A stretch of 64,000 bases of DNA from Eledone cirrhosa (Eukaryota), in the NCBI GenBank assembly GCA_964016885.1, contig OZ024740.1, positions 65,782,001 through 65,846,000 on the forward strand, read 5' to 3'. The translations under genes were made by a program, and so were the position numbers. The notes under the pieces were generated by a model. That model did no database searches, was not told the DNA's origin, and was given only the letters and a program-made list of their open reading frames with translations. Of this stretch, positions 25,970-37,552 are shown one piece after another (positions within the stretch are counted from its first letter, which is position 1; each line of letters begins with the position of its first letter).

Positions 25970-28900
25970 CATTTGAAGACTAAAATCCAAAGAGGGCTCC
26001 ATAAGGATAAATATATATCAAATATATAAGAACCGTAGAGCAAATATTTATTAAAATAACAGATCAAACTTTAAGCAAAGAATCACTGCTTTCTCCTTTA
26101 ACGGAATCTTCTAAAACTAACAAAATCAATCTGTGAACGCAGAAGTAAATATTTCGAAAAACGTTGCAATCGAAGGAAGACAGGAAGACGATATTTTGGT
26201 TCGTGGAAACGTTCCCTGGCAAAGGACGGAAAAAAACGAAGATAATACGTCACTATATGGAGCAGTGAAAACCATTACACGCAAAGATAAAACCACGTTT
26301 ATGGTATAAATGAAGTCGTAGAGACGTGGAGACCTTCTCTGGCAATGAACGGAAAAAACGAAGATAATACGTCAATATGTGTGTCGTTGAGAATAATTAC
26401 ACGCAAAGACAAAGCCCCACGTTTATGGTATAACTGAAGTCCTACACTAAATTCTATTAAGGAAACCGAATGATTCTCGGCTTCAGAGTTAAGAATAATG
26501 TAAATAAATTACAGAGGTAATTGAAATCAACAAAAATTAAATATATACATGCTTGCATCCATATACGTACATACACATGCTTTCTGATCTCAACATCCTG
26601 GACATGACTGAACCTCTGGACCCTATTTCTCCCCACTTTAAACTGAAGGATCACAAATCTAATTTCCCGAACAACCCCTCTATTCGGATTATTAACCCTA
26701 CGAAATCCGATTTAGGTAGACTTAGTAAAAGGATTTTAGATAGAATTATACCTGAAATTAGAAGTTGGGCCCCTCTTGCAATGTGGAACAATTCTTTCGC
26801 AGTGATTGATTGGTTCAACAGCATATGCAACAAGGAACATTGCCGTTTTATCCAATTCGACATCAATAATTACTACTCCTCCATCACTTTACCACTTCTT
26901 CTTAGAGCTATCAATTTCGCAGTGCTTAAGGATTTCGAAGTTGATGTCATCCTCAATGCCCATAAATCGGTGATTAATTTCGACGACTATATTTGGATTA
27001 AAAAAACTAATACTACTCCATTGGACGTGAGTATAGGCGCCAGCGATACTGTAGAGATTACTGATCTTATCGGCTTTTTCCTTCTTTTCTCTATCAAGGA
27101 GGAATACCCCAACGTGGGCGGTAGTTTGTACCGTGATGACCGTCTTTTGACCATGACAAAGTGCGGCCCACGTGCTTGCGATAGGTTCAGAAAAGAACTC
27201 ACAGCCTTCTTTAAAGGCTTTAACCTCTCCATACATGTTGAGGCCAATCTCGGTCTTTAATTACCTCAACGTTACCCTCAATTTGTCGAATGGCTTGCAC
27301 TACCCGTATAGAAAGCTAAATGGTACGCTTAATTACATAAGTAAGTATTCTAACCATCCTGCAAACATAACCAAGAACCTGGTAAGAAACGTTTCTTTGA
27401 GACTTTCCCGTCTAAAAACAAACGAGCATATTTTTGTCGACCATTCCACATATTACAATGAAGCACTTGCTCGGAGTGGATTTGTCGATAAGGTAGCATA
27501 TACAGAGTATGAGAATAGACCTAGGATAAATAGATCCCGACGCATTATATGGTATAACCCACCATATAATATGAAGGTGGTCACATCATTAGCTAAGATC
27601 TTTCACTCCTTTATTATGAAGCCTTTCCCCCAGCACATAAATATAGTAACATTTTTAATAGAAATACCATTAAAATTTCTTACTTTACGACTCCTAACCT
27701 TGCACATAACATCACAACTTCAAATTTAGCTATATTACCTAGCCGTAGGAACACGTCGTGCAACCCTGTACCTAGTACTAACTAATTGTAGGAATCGAGT
27801 TGACTGCCCCCTATCCGGGAAATACCTCTCTAGTAACATTGTCTACAAACGTAAGTTTGAAACACCCACGTCCCATAGACCTTACATAGGGTTAACCGCC
27901 AATAGATTCAAGCAGCGTCTTTACATGCATACCATTCTTTTGTTAACTCTTTAAGAAAGATTATGACGTCACTTTCAGCTTATATCTGGAGTCTAAAAGA
28001 CAACCACACCCAATATAAGTTATACTGGGAGATCCTAGCGAGGGATAGATCGTATAACGGAAATAAAAGACCATGTGACCTCTGCGCCGCTGAAGCCCTG
28101 GAAATACTTTAAGCCAAGACCACATCTTAAACAAAAAATATGAGGCAATTTCGGCTTGTAAACATAAATTGCACAAAACTTTCCTGTATTACAGCCCCAC
28201 ACATTATACCCTAACGGATAGTACGAACTATACGCGGATATTTTACCTCTTGATATGGTAACTAAGTAGATGTTATGTTTATACCATTACTTATTTGTAT
28301 AGGTAAGTATATATTACCTGTATGTTTTGTGAAGGTACTTATGCTTTCTCGTACGCATATGTGCTTGTATATGTTATAGGCGTATATATTATATTATATA
28401 TACTGGTACATGTGCATATGGTTGTGTGTATACGTGTGTTTTGCGTCTGTGTGAGTATGCGCGTTCGTACGTATGTAGGGTGTGTGTATATATGTACTGT
28501 GTGTTTTGGTTGACGTAGTTTAGTAGCAAACATATGTGTATTTACATGTAGGTATCTGTGTGCGCGCGTTTTATACGTATTTATGTGTGTATATTTATAT
28601 ACGTTTATATAATTATATGTATAGACGCACACACACACATATACATTTTTTTTTTAATATATTTTTATGTGTATTTGATGTATACGTTCCTATGTGTGCG
28701 GGTACAGGCGCTGTGTGGTTTATGTATGTGCGTGCGTGTTTTTTGTGTACGTGCTTGTATTTGCATACCCATGGCGGGTGTTTTCGTGATTGCATGTGTA
28801 TGTACGTATATGGATGCAAGCATGTATATATTTAATTTTTGTTGATTTCAATTACCTCTGTAATTTATTTACATTATTCTTAACTCTGAAGCCGAGAATC

Positions 28901-29201
28901 ATTCGGTTTCCTAAATAGAATTTTAGTGTACGACTTCAGTTATACCATAAACGTGGTTTTGTCTTTGCGCGTAATTGTGCTCACGCACCAAATAATGACG
29001 TATTATTTTCGTTTTTTTCCGTTCTTTGCCAGGGAACGTTTCCACGAACCACAGTATCGTCTTCATGTCCTCCTTCGGTTGCAACGTTTTTCGAAATATT
29101 TACTTCTGCGTTCACAGATTGAATTTTTAGTTTCAGAAGATCCCGTTAAGGATGAAAGCAGCGATTTTTTGCTTAAACTTTGTCTGTTATTTTAATAAAT
29201 A
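25970..29201 (+). mobile_element. 5'-truncated decayed Naiad-type PLE with long terminal inverted arms (family F2 parent)
   Basis: RT pieces at 26553-27260 (IRIINPTKSDLG, FIQFDINNYY, LYRDD) and 27172-27729. GIY-YIG remnant about 27784-28190 (NCR..CPLSG...NIVY, YIG, CDLC). Arms about 26045-26560 vs 28810-29201. Confidence 0.9.
29129..29179 (+). ncRNA. Hammerhead-like motif with CAGAAGA core
   Basis: AGUUU-CAGAAGA-UCC(CGUUAA)GGAU-GAAA-GCA...UGC-UU/AAACU. The mirror arm reads UAGAAGA. Confidence 0.5.
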
Positions 29202-29220
29202 CATATATATATATATATAT

Positions 29221-30435
29221 GGAAAGTTATATTTAAATTGTTGGGTTAACAACGAGTAAATATTTATAACTGATATAAAAGCACTCAACAAGTATTTGGA
29301 GTATATTTATGATATTAAATAAATGGAAACTATATTTATAAAACCATATTTATTTCGTTATATATATTTCAGGGATATCATATTAACAATATGTTATGCC
29401 ATCTTCAGACAAAATACAATATAAACAGTCTTATAAATAAATAGATACGACATACCTTTCAATCACCTTGCATTTGTGAGGTTGATTTGGCAGTAAAAAA
29501 TTGTGGACAGTTGTAAAAAGAAAGAGATAAAGAGAGAAAGAAAAAGAAACGAAGAAAAAGAAGAAATGTATGTGACTAAATAGAGGGATATAGAAAAATA
29601 GATAAAGAGAAGACCTTCATGTAAAGAAACAGAGAGAAATATATATAGAGAGAGGAAAAAAAAGAAAGAGATAGATAGAGATAGATAGAGAAATTAGGAA
29701 GTTGAGTATCGGTTGATACATTTATTTATTTATTTATTTATTTATTTAGCTCTAGTATTAATGTAAAGAGAGATGTATGTAGTTAAGAGAGAAAATAGCC
29801 GTTATATAGAGAGAAAAAAGAGAAAATGAAAAAGAGAAAATGAAACATAACCAGACATAAATGATGCAGAATTTAAAACCGCTATGTTTTATCCGTAGAA
29901 ATTATTAGTTCGTATAAAACAGGCATTATAGTGTAAGTATACTTACATGTTCTCTTTTTTCTCTCTATATAACGGCTATTTTCTCTCTTAACTACATACA
30001 TCTCTCTTTACATTAATACTAGAGCTAAATAAATAAATAAATAAATAAATAAATGTATCAACCGATACTCAACTTCCTAATTTCTCTATCTATCTCTTTC
30101 TTTTTTTTCCTCTCTCTATATATATTTCTCTCTGTTTCTTTACATGTCTATTTTTCTATATCCCTCTATTTAGTCACATCCATTTCTTCTTTTTCTTCGT
30201 TTCTTTTTCTTTCTCTCTTTATCTCTTTCTTTTTACAACTGTCCACAATTTTTTACTGCCAAATCAACCTCACAAATGCAAGGTGATTGAAAGGTATGTC
30301 GTATCTATTTATTTATAAGACTGTTTATATTGTATTTTGTCTGAAGATGGCATAACATATTGTTAATATGATATCCCTGAAATATATATAACGAAATAAA
30401 TATGGTTTTATAAATATAGTTTCCATTTATTTAAT

Positions 30436-30440
<5 letters not shown>
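29221..30440. mobile_element. Fold-back PLE-type element with HHR in both arms
   Basis: Near-identical inverted arms about 29309-29822 vs 29950-30440, an ~88-nt tail on the left, and (TA)n flanks. Confidence 0.82.
30333..30398 (+). ncRNA. Minimal type I hammerhead (mirror about 29351-29416)
   Basis: UAUUUUGU-CUGAAGA-UGGCAUAACAUAU...AUAUGAUAUCCCU-GAAA-UAUAUA-UA/ACGAAAUA, with an 8-bp stem I. Confidence 0.78.
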
Positions 30441-30530
<90 letters not shown>

Positions 30531-30866
30531 CAAGTAAGAATATTTTCGAAACAGCGAGAGAGTTTGGAATTATAAATGTAAGCTATCGCCGTATTTTGAC
30601 TAAAGAAATTAAAGAAAATTATTTATCCTGATAGTGGGGTTAAGAACCTATATATATATATTTTTTTTTTTTCTCAAACTGTTAGCTCTTTCGTTGCTTT
30701 GGTATTGTGTTTTAGATTTTGTCTACCACAATGTTCAATTTGTCAAGCTATTTAAACGTATGTTATTACTCTAGGTACCTACCCTGTCGAGTGCTTTGCT
30801 AACTCATACATATAGTTCGTCGAATTTGCTTGGACACCACCGAAGATTCGATTTTACTAAGCATCC

Positions 30867-30959
<93 letters not shown>

Positions 30960-30984
30960 AATATATATACATATATATATATAT

Positions 30985-32107
30985 ACAACATCTAGAAAAG
31001 ATAACACACTAAAGAAAGAGATAGTGCGCCATCAGTCAAACAGGGAAATGTATTTACACATTAATTTATACTTTTAATTATTGTATGTCTACTCTGCTTT
31101 CCATGGGCTATAAATTCCATACACTGGTGGTTTTTCCCTTTTCGACTAATGGCGCACTATCTCTCTCTTTAGTGTGTTATCTTTTCTACATATTGTATTA
31201 TAAAGGGCTCGGGATTATTTCTCCTTTGAGCACATTACTGACAGGGAATAGAGAGAATCTATGGCTCCGTTAATTTATCGTGATATTTCGCTCCTTATAA
31301 CAGTCTTTCCCTCTCTCTGTTTGGTTGAGCACACTTCTCTGAGTGGTTTAAGCTGCCCTTTCTAGCAGCTCATTCCTCAGACACCACTGGTTGCTGCCCA
31401 AGGCACGCTGTGAATTATCTCTCCCACATATGGCTGGACGGTCGGTTTAGATTATCTTAGTGTTGCCTGAAATGTATAGCCTTACACACGCTGATGAACC
31501 ATGGGCTAATCATTTCTGTCAACAACCTATTTGGCGAAACAGACCTTTTCTACATATTGTATTATAAAGTGCTCGGGATTCCTTCTCCTTTGAGCACATT
31601 ACTGACAGGGAATAGCGAGAATCTATGGCTTCGTTAATTTATCGTGATATTTCGCCCCTTTCCTCTCTCTCTGTTTGGTTGAGCACACTTTCCTGAGTGG
31701 TTTGGGCTGCCCCTTCTAGCAGCTAATCCCTCAGAGACCACCGGTTACTGCCCTTGGCACGCTGTGAATTCTCTCTCCCACGTGTAGCTGGACGGTCGCT
31801 TTAGATTCTCTTAGTGTGGTCTGAAATGTATAGCCTTACAGACGCTGATGAACCATGGGCTAATCATTTCTGTCAACAACCTATTTGGCGAAACAGATCT
31901 TTTTCAATTTGTACGTGTGTGTTAGATATTTATCGAGGTATGTATTTACACTTTAATTTATACTTTTAATTATTGTGTCTACTCTGCCTTTCCATGGGCT
32001 ATAGATTCCACACACTGGTGGTTTTTCCCTGTTTGACTGATGGCGCACTATCTCTCTCTCTAGTGTGTTATCTTTTCTACATATTGTATTATAAAGGGCT
32101 CGGGATT
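30985..32107 (+). mobile_element. Tandem pLTR/retrozyme-like array with short 5' inverted segment
   Basis: Direct repeats 31181-31545 = 31545-31905 and 31048-31215 = 31940-32107. The segment 30985-31047 is the reverse complement of about 32025-32089. Two HHR cores. Confidence 0.75.
31838..31920 (+). ncRNA. Type I hammerhead ribozyme (truncated twin at 31484-31545)
   Basis: ACA(C/G)ACG-CUGAUGA-A-CCAUGGG...CCUAUUUGG-C-GAAA-CAGAU(CUUUUUCA)AUUUG-UA/CGUGUGU. Confidence 0.78.
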
Positions 32108-32212
32108 CCCGCCGAGGTTAACTTTGCCTTTCATCCTTACGGGGTCGATAAAATAAAGTACCAGTAATACACTGGGTAATTGCTGGCCTTGTGCCAAAAG
32201 TAGAAACAATTA
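32105..32212 (+). mobile_element. Truncated Meta-like SINE
   Basis: Same core and tail as 9105-9232. Confidence 0.75.
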
Positions 32213-32214
32213 TG

Positions 32215-33780
32215 AAGAACATTTATTTAGAACAAAGCAGGCGTCCTGGTCGTTTAGCTATTTATGGGGTTGTCTTTTTAAGGAAGTTCTATTCCAAGCT
32301 AAATTTTCCGTGTTTTCAATTATATCTATTAACGGCTCCAGCTAGTGAGGTTGTATGCGCTAATAATCTACTAAATCTGAAATAGTTCGTGTGGGAATAG
32401 AACCTTTTCTTTAAAGAATTATAAGACGTTGTTTCTACGTATTTTGTTCGCTATAATTATTCTATTTCGTTAGACCACACTGCTGATAAGGCAGTTACCG
32501 CTAAATGGGCATTTTGCTTTATTTCAGCAATTGTAATTACCGTTCCCTGCATAAAGAGAGGTCCTTTGGTGAGGTTTAGCCGTATAGTCTCCATAAGTAC
32601 TGTTGGGTTCACGCCCATGTTCATTTGAGTTCGTAGGGTTCGTGGGAATTGTGTTACTACTGAAGTTACCATTATCGCAATCATCATCTTTACCATTATT
32701 ATGGTTACTATTTACGGTTGTAATTTTCATCACCACCAGAATTGTTTGCTATGTTGAGGGTGTTATTTGTTGCCACTATAGTGTCATCACTATCATTCGA
32801 AGGCGTTGTTGACATTGTGGTTCTCAGAGTTCCGTGTGTCAGGGAGAGTATGCGTTCGTCCATTATTCCGTGTTAGCTCATTCTTACTTGTTGAAGCAGT
32901 TTTGTTGGCCACATATTTTCTGAGGTTTCTCTAGATCAGGTGTGTTTTTCTCCGACAATTTAACCGTAAATGTGTTAAAGATTAGGTGGCTCCTATGCGT
33001 GGGCTGGAAGATTTTTCTTGGGATTGAGAAGAATTTAGAAGGTAGGTAGCCCTTGTCCTGGCCATTAAATTGAAGATTATTCCGGGTTGTTCTACGCCGT
33101 TTCTTCTCTTTTATTCTGGGTGTAGCGTGTGTGTTACTAGCTTCTTGTTGGCTATTGGACTGTCCTGTCGTGCTGTTCTGCATATGTTTATTTTTTGGAG
33201 TACGTGATATGAGAGATCAGCTTGTGCTTGTTTGTATCAGAGTTAGTGGTGTTTGGGTTTTACGTGCATGTGGTTATTATAGTTTTTAAATTTAACTTAT
33301 TGAGATTTTTGCCATTATGCCTGCTTTATACTTGTGGGTTAAGTGTTTCGGTGCATGTGTGTCACAGGACTAGGCGTGCTTTGGTAATCTCTCACGGTAT
33401 TAGTGTTTCTGCCCGAGTTGAGTTCAATACTGTGGTGTAGGTGGCCACAATTGTTTTAATAATTTACCATGCCTATCACTTTTAGGTCTTGTATTGTTAT
33501 TGCAGCTGCTGATGAGTCGATTGTAGGTCCTATCAGTATGTCCAGTGATACGGTTGGCATGTATTGGTATGTACCTAATTCCAACCTTGTATTCACTTCT
33601 TTCAAGGGCTTCATTGTAGTATCTTGCGTTTTTTATAAATATCTTTTCCCTCGCCGACAGCCTAAACATTTGCATAGTAATACTGAATATGTGGCTGTTA
33701 ACGATGGGGATTGTGTGGTTGGAGAAACGGCTTATGTAGTGGAAGTTCTCAGAATATGAAAATAGAAGGAAAATCACTGT
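32215..33780 (-). mobile_element. Highly decayed Naiad-type PLE 3' half (RT thumb, linker, GIY-YIG)
   Basis: YISRFSNH...RLSA...IF..NARYYNEAL..S.Y, IFNTFTVKLS, NC.NKAKCPFSGNCL..SVV. Confidence 0.75.
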
Positions 33781-34587
33781 AGTAGTGGTGGGGATAGCCT
33801 TATGTATAGAAGGTTGTAATGGTTAAAGAGGGGGAGGAAAAGGAAAAGAAAGAATTGTGTTTGAAAATTGGTCAGCTAAAATAGATATTTTTACTGAAAT
33901 AAAGTGAAAAAGATAAGAGGATGTGGGTCAGTGCCAACGAAGAAAACATACAACTTTGATAAGAATCTAGTATATTATGATGGTGATGTTGTGTGTGTCG
34001 GAGTTAGTGAAGACAAACACATGGTGGAATTGGCAGAATAACAAAGAACGGTTCTTTTGTTGGTAGTGTATGGTATAAAATGCTGTGTGGAGTGGTAGTT
34101 TCGAGGAAGGATAATATATACTGTATGAAATATATACGGTATGAAATATAAAACATTGTGAAAAAAGATTTTTAGGAAAAATCAATTTAGAATTAAAATA
34201 AAATTAGAAATAGTTATTATAAGGATTATGAAATATTATGAAATGTAAAGTTATAATATAGGGTATATATATATAACAGTGTATATATGATGGTGAAATG
34301 TGAAATAACAATGATGAAGACTAATGTGGGAATTAGTCGTGGTGACGGCGAATGTGTTGGTGTCAAAGAAATATGTAAAATATAATGTAATATAATGTAA
34401 AATAAAGTTGGTAAAATGGAAAAATATGAGAAATATGAAAAATCTGATATAGAATGAAATATGAAATAAAATAGCATATATAATATAATGTATCATATAG
34501 CATACTATAATGCAAAAAATAAAGATTATGAAAATATAATAATAGAGCGATTATGAAATATTGAGTAATAGGATACATACAACGGTG

Positions 34588-34641
<54 letters not shown>

Positions 34642-34694
34642 TATATATATATGGGTGTGTGAAGTGTGTGTGTGTGCGTGTGTGTGTGTGAATG

Positions 34695-34742
<48 letters not shown>

Positions 34743-34743
<1 letters not shown>

Positions 34744-36452
34744 TTCGTTTCTGAATTTGTTTAGCAAGATTCTTTATCTGAAAACGTGTGTTGATACCGA
34801 TATTGTTATACTTTGGGAGGGTTATGTTGCCAATAAGAAAAACAAACTCCAATTTATTATGAATTAAAAAATTAAAAAATAAAAAATGTTTTTTTAATTT
34901 CTTTAAAAAAAAATTATAAATTTCAGGTTGGTTGGTTGGTTGGTTCCAGAACCGGACGGTTGTTCATATAGTGTCAAAGTTCTTTCGTCACACATTCTGT
35001 GACCTCTTCAGTGACTGCGGATTCTTTTCTTTGTATTTTGCCTCTCCTTTGTTCTGTCCTACGCCATCTTGTTTTTCTGTGTGCTGTGTGCTTAGTTTGC
35101 GCATGTGTTAAATCCGGGTGTCTGTGTGTGTTTTTATTAGTTTATTTATTTGCTTATTTACATGTTACTGGTTGGTTGTTTGTTCTATGTGTGTGTGTTT
35201 TCATTTTGTCCTTAATTGTAAGTTGTGATGTTGCTATTCCATTCATATTTTCTATTCAATTTTGGTTGGAGTTCATTTATGTGTATTGCCTCTGTGATTT
35301 ATCTAAACATTGCGTCTTTTCTGTGTGTAGATTTTATTTTTATTTCTATGTTCTCTAATTTGACCTTATGTTCTATTTTAGCATGTTGGTGGAGTATTGA
35401 TGATTCTTTTCTATCTTGAAGCTCTCGCCTGTGTTCATTTAACCGTTCTCCTATACTACGAGCTGTCTCACCTATGTACACTATATTCTTATCTTTACAT
35501 TGTCCTTCAGTACATCTTATGCTATATACTACATTTCTAGTTTTACAGTTAATATGGGGGCTTCGTTTACAGATTATGTATTTCTTATCTATACAGGGGG
35601 TCTTTGAAAAGGGTATGTATTACTAGTAAGTGTTTTTTATGGAGGTACCTGGTCTTACTACTATCTTAATATTAAGTTTAAGTTTATCTAGGGCCCTTCT
35701 AAATGTGTAAGCTAATTCACTTCTAGGGGTTGCATTGATGAAAATTACACACTGGTATTTATTGCTATCATACCATGAGTTTATTCTATTAACCTTATTC
35801 CTAGTTCCTTCTATTCTATTCCAAAATTTGCTCATATACAAGGGGCAGGTCCCATTTGTATCATTATTTACCAGTTTTTCCCATTTGGTTCTGGCTCTTC
35901 TATATACTCTGATTTTATCTCTCTGATTGTAACCAGAGAACTGCATACGGTGGTTGAAGTGTTGCATGTGTCCCTCTAGTTCTTTGGGGTTGCACATGAG
36001 GGACACGTTTCTCATCACCCGTAATAAATCCACAATCAATATGTTGATTTTGGTGATATCCGAAACAGCTGAGTTTGGTGGATCAGATATTTGGAAGTCA
36101 TGTGTTTGGCATAATGGGAATGGAGGATTTGTTTTTTGTTATTAATGGTTTCTAACCAGAGCTCTGTGTCTAGTACAGCACACAAAAAACAAGATGGCGT
36201 AGGATAGAACAAAGGAGAGGCACAAAACAAAGAAAAGAATCCCGTCACTGAAGAGGTTACAGCATATGTGACCAAATAACTTTGACAATATATGAACAAC
36301 CGTCCGTTTGTGGAACCAGCCAACCAACCGGAAAATTATAATTTTTTTTTAAAAAGATTTTATTTTTTTAATTTATAATAAATTGGAGTGAAAGCAACTG
36401 GTGTGTGTGTTTCTTATTGGCAACATGACCCTCCCAAAGTATAACAATATAT
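34743..36452 (-). mobile_element. 5'-truncated PLE (Poseidon/Neptune-like GIY-YIG) with inverted terminal arms
   Basis: LRVMRNVS...FNHRMQFSGY thumb, then NCKTRNVVYSIRC...YIGETARSIGERLNEH...H...H. Arms about 34800-35085 vs 36175-36452. Tail at 34743-34800. Confidence 0.85.
34973..35015 (-). ncRNA. Minimal type I hammerhead (degenerate mirror 36244-36286)
   Basis: GUCA-CUGAAGA-G-GUCACA(GAAUG)UGUGAC-GAAA-GAAC-UU/UGAC. Confidence 0.7.
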
Positions 36453-37552
36453 ATAAATATATAATTGAAAAAGAGGAGAACAGCATGGTCAACAGTACAA
36501 AAAAGGTGGATTTATTTACAGTCTAACAATTATGTATATATATATATTTGTATGTGTGTGTGTGTATGTTTGCTATGAGACATTTAGGTAATGGTGTGGT
36601 TGTTGCGTATGTAAATGGTGGCGGTGTTATGGCGTTTCTAATGAAATATGTATTATATAAGGCATGAGAAATGAAAGATGAAAACAAATTAAAATGAATT
36701 AAAGGGAAACAAAATTTAAGGATTATTGAAATATAAAGATTATGAAGTTCATGAAATATGGAGTTATGAAACATAGCATATAAGGATATATATATATGAG
36801 AGAAATCATTTTGTTGCTGGGTTACCCGCAGTCAGCAAATCTTAGTTGGTGGCAGAAGTTGACGAGATGTAGAATCTGGACGGGGTGATGGGGGAGGGTC
36901 TTCCGACATTTGCACAACCTGATACACTTCATTATCCGGTAGGCATTAACTATCCGGTGTGCAGATTATTATTGTCCGGGGACGGATATGTTTGAAGCAG
37001 CATAGACCGAAATTTCGTGTATGAAGTCTGGGTGACAGTGTTTCTTCCCTTGAATTTAAGATGCTTGTTGTGGAGTTGAAGATATTTAACTTTTCACACT
37101 TGTATTCATGGCGTCACGCACTTCAATCATTTTAGGCTTTCGCCTTTGCCATGAGGCTCCATTTGACGGTAGTGTTTGTAATGCCACCGTCTTTCTATTG
37201 GTAATTATATTTTGATTCTAATATTTAATCCTAAAATCATTTGTTATAAAAGGCATTCAGGTGTGGAGAGATGCGGGATTTATATGTATTTTCTTTCAAT
37301 CTAACGTATTTTTCCCAGTGCTTTTCATGTAATTAATTTTTCAGATGTTTTCCCTCCCTCTACGTCCGCGTCGTACCTTATTTCTACTGCCTCTATTGAG
37401 AATCTACTCTTGTCTAGCGCGCAGGTTAAAAATCAGAGTAACAAGACTTACTACTTCATCAAAATAAATGAATATTTAAATTCTTCACAGATATTGATTG
37501 ATCCTTTCTCTCGTCCATCAACTACTTACGGATATATATATATATATATATA

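Noticed and set aside
26170-26450. Additional TGAAGA...GAAAC hammerhead-like strings in the F2 arms
   Set aside because: They are antisense to the inferred pLTR and have incomplete cores and weak stems.
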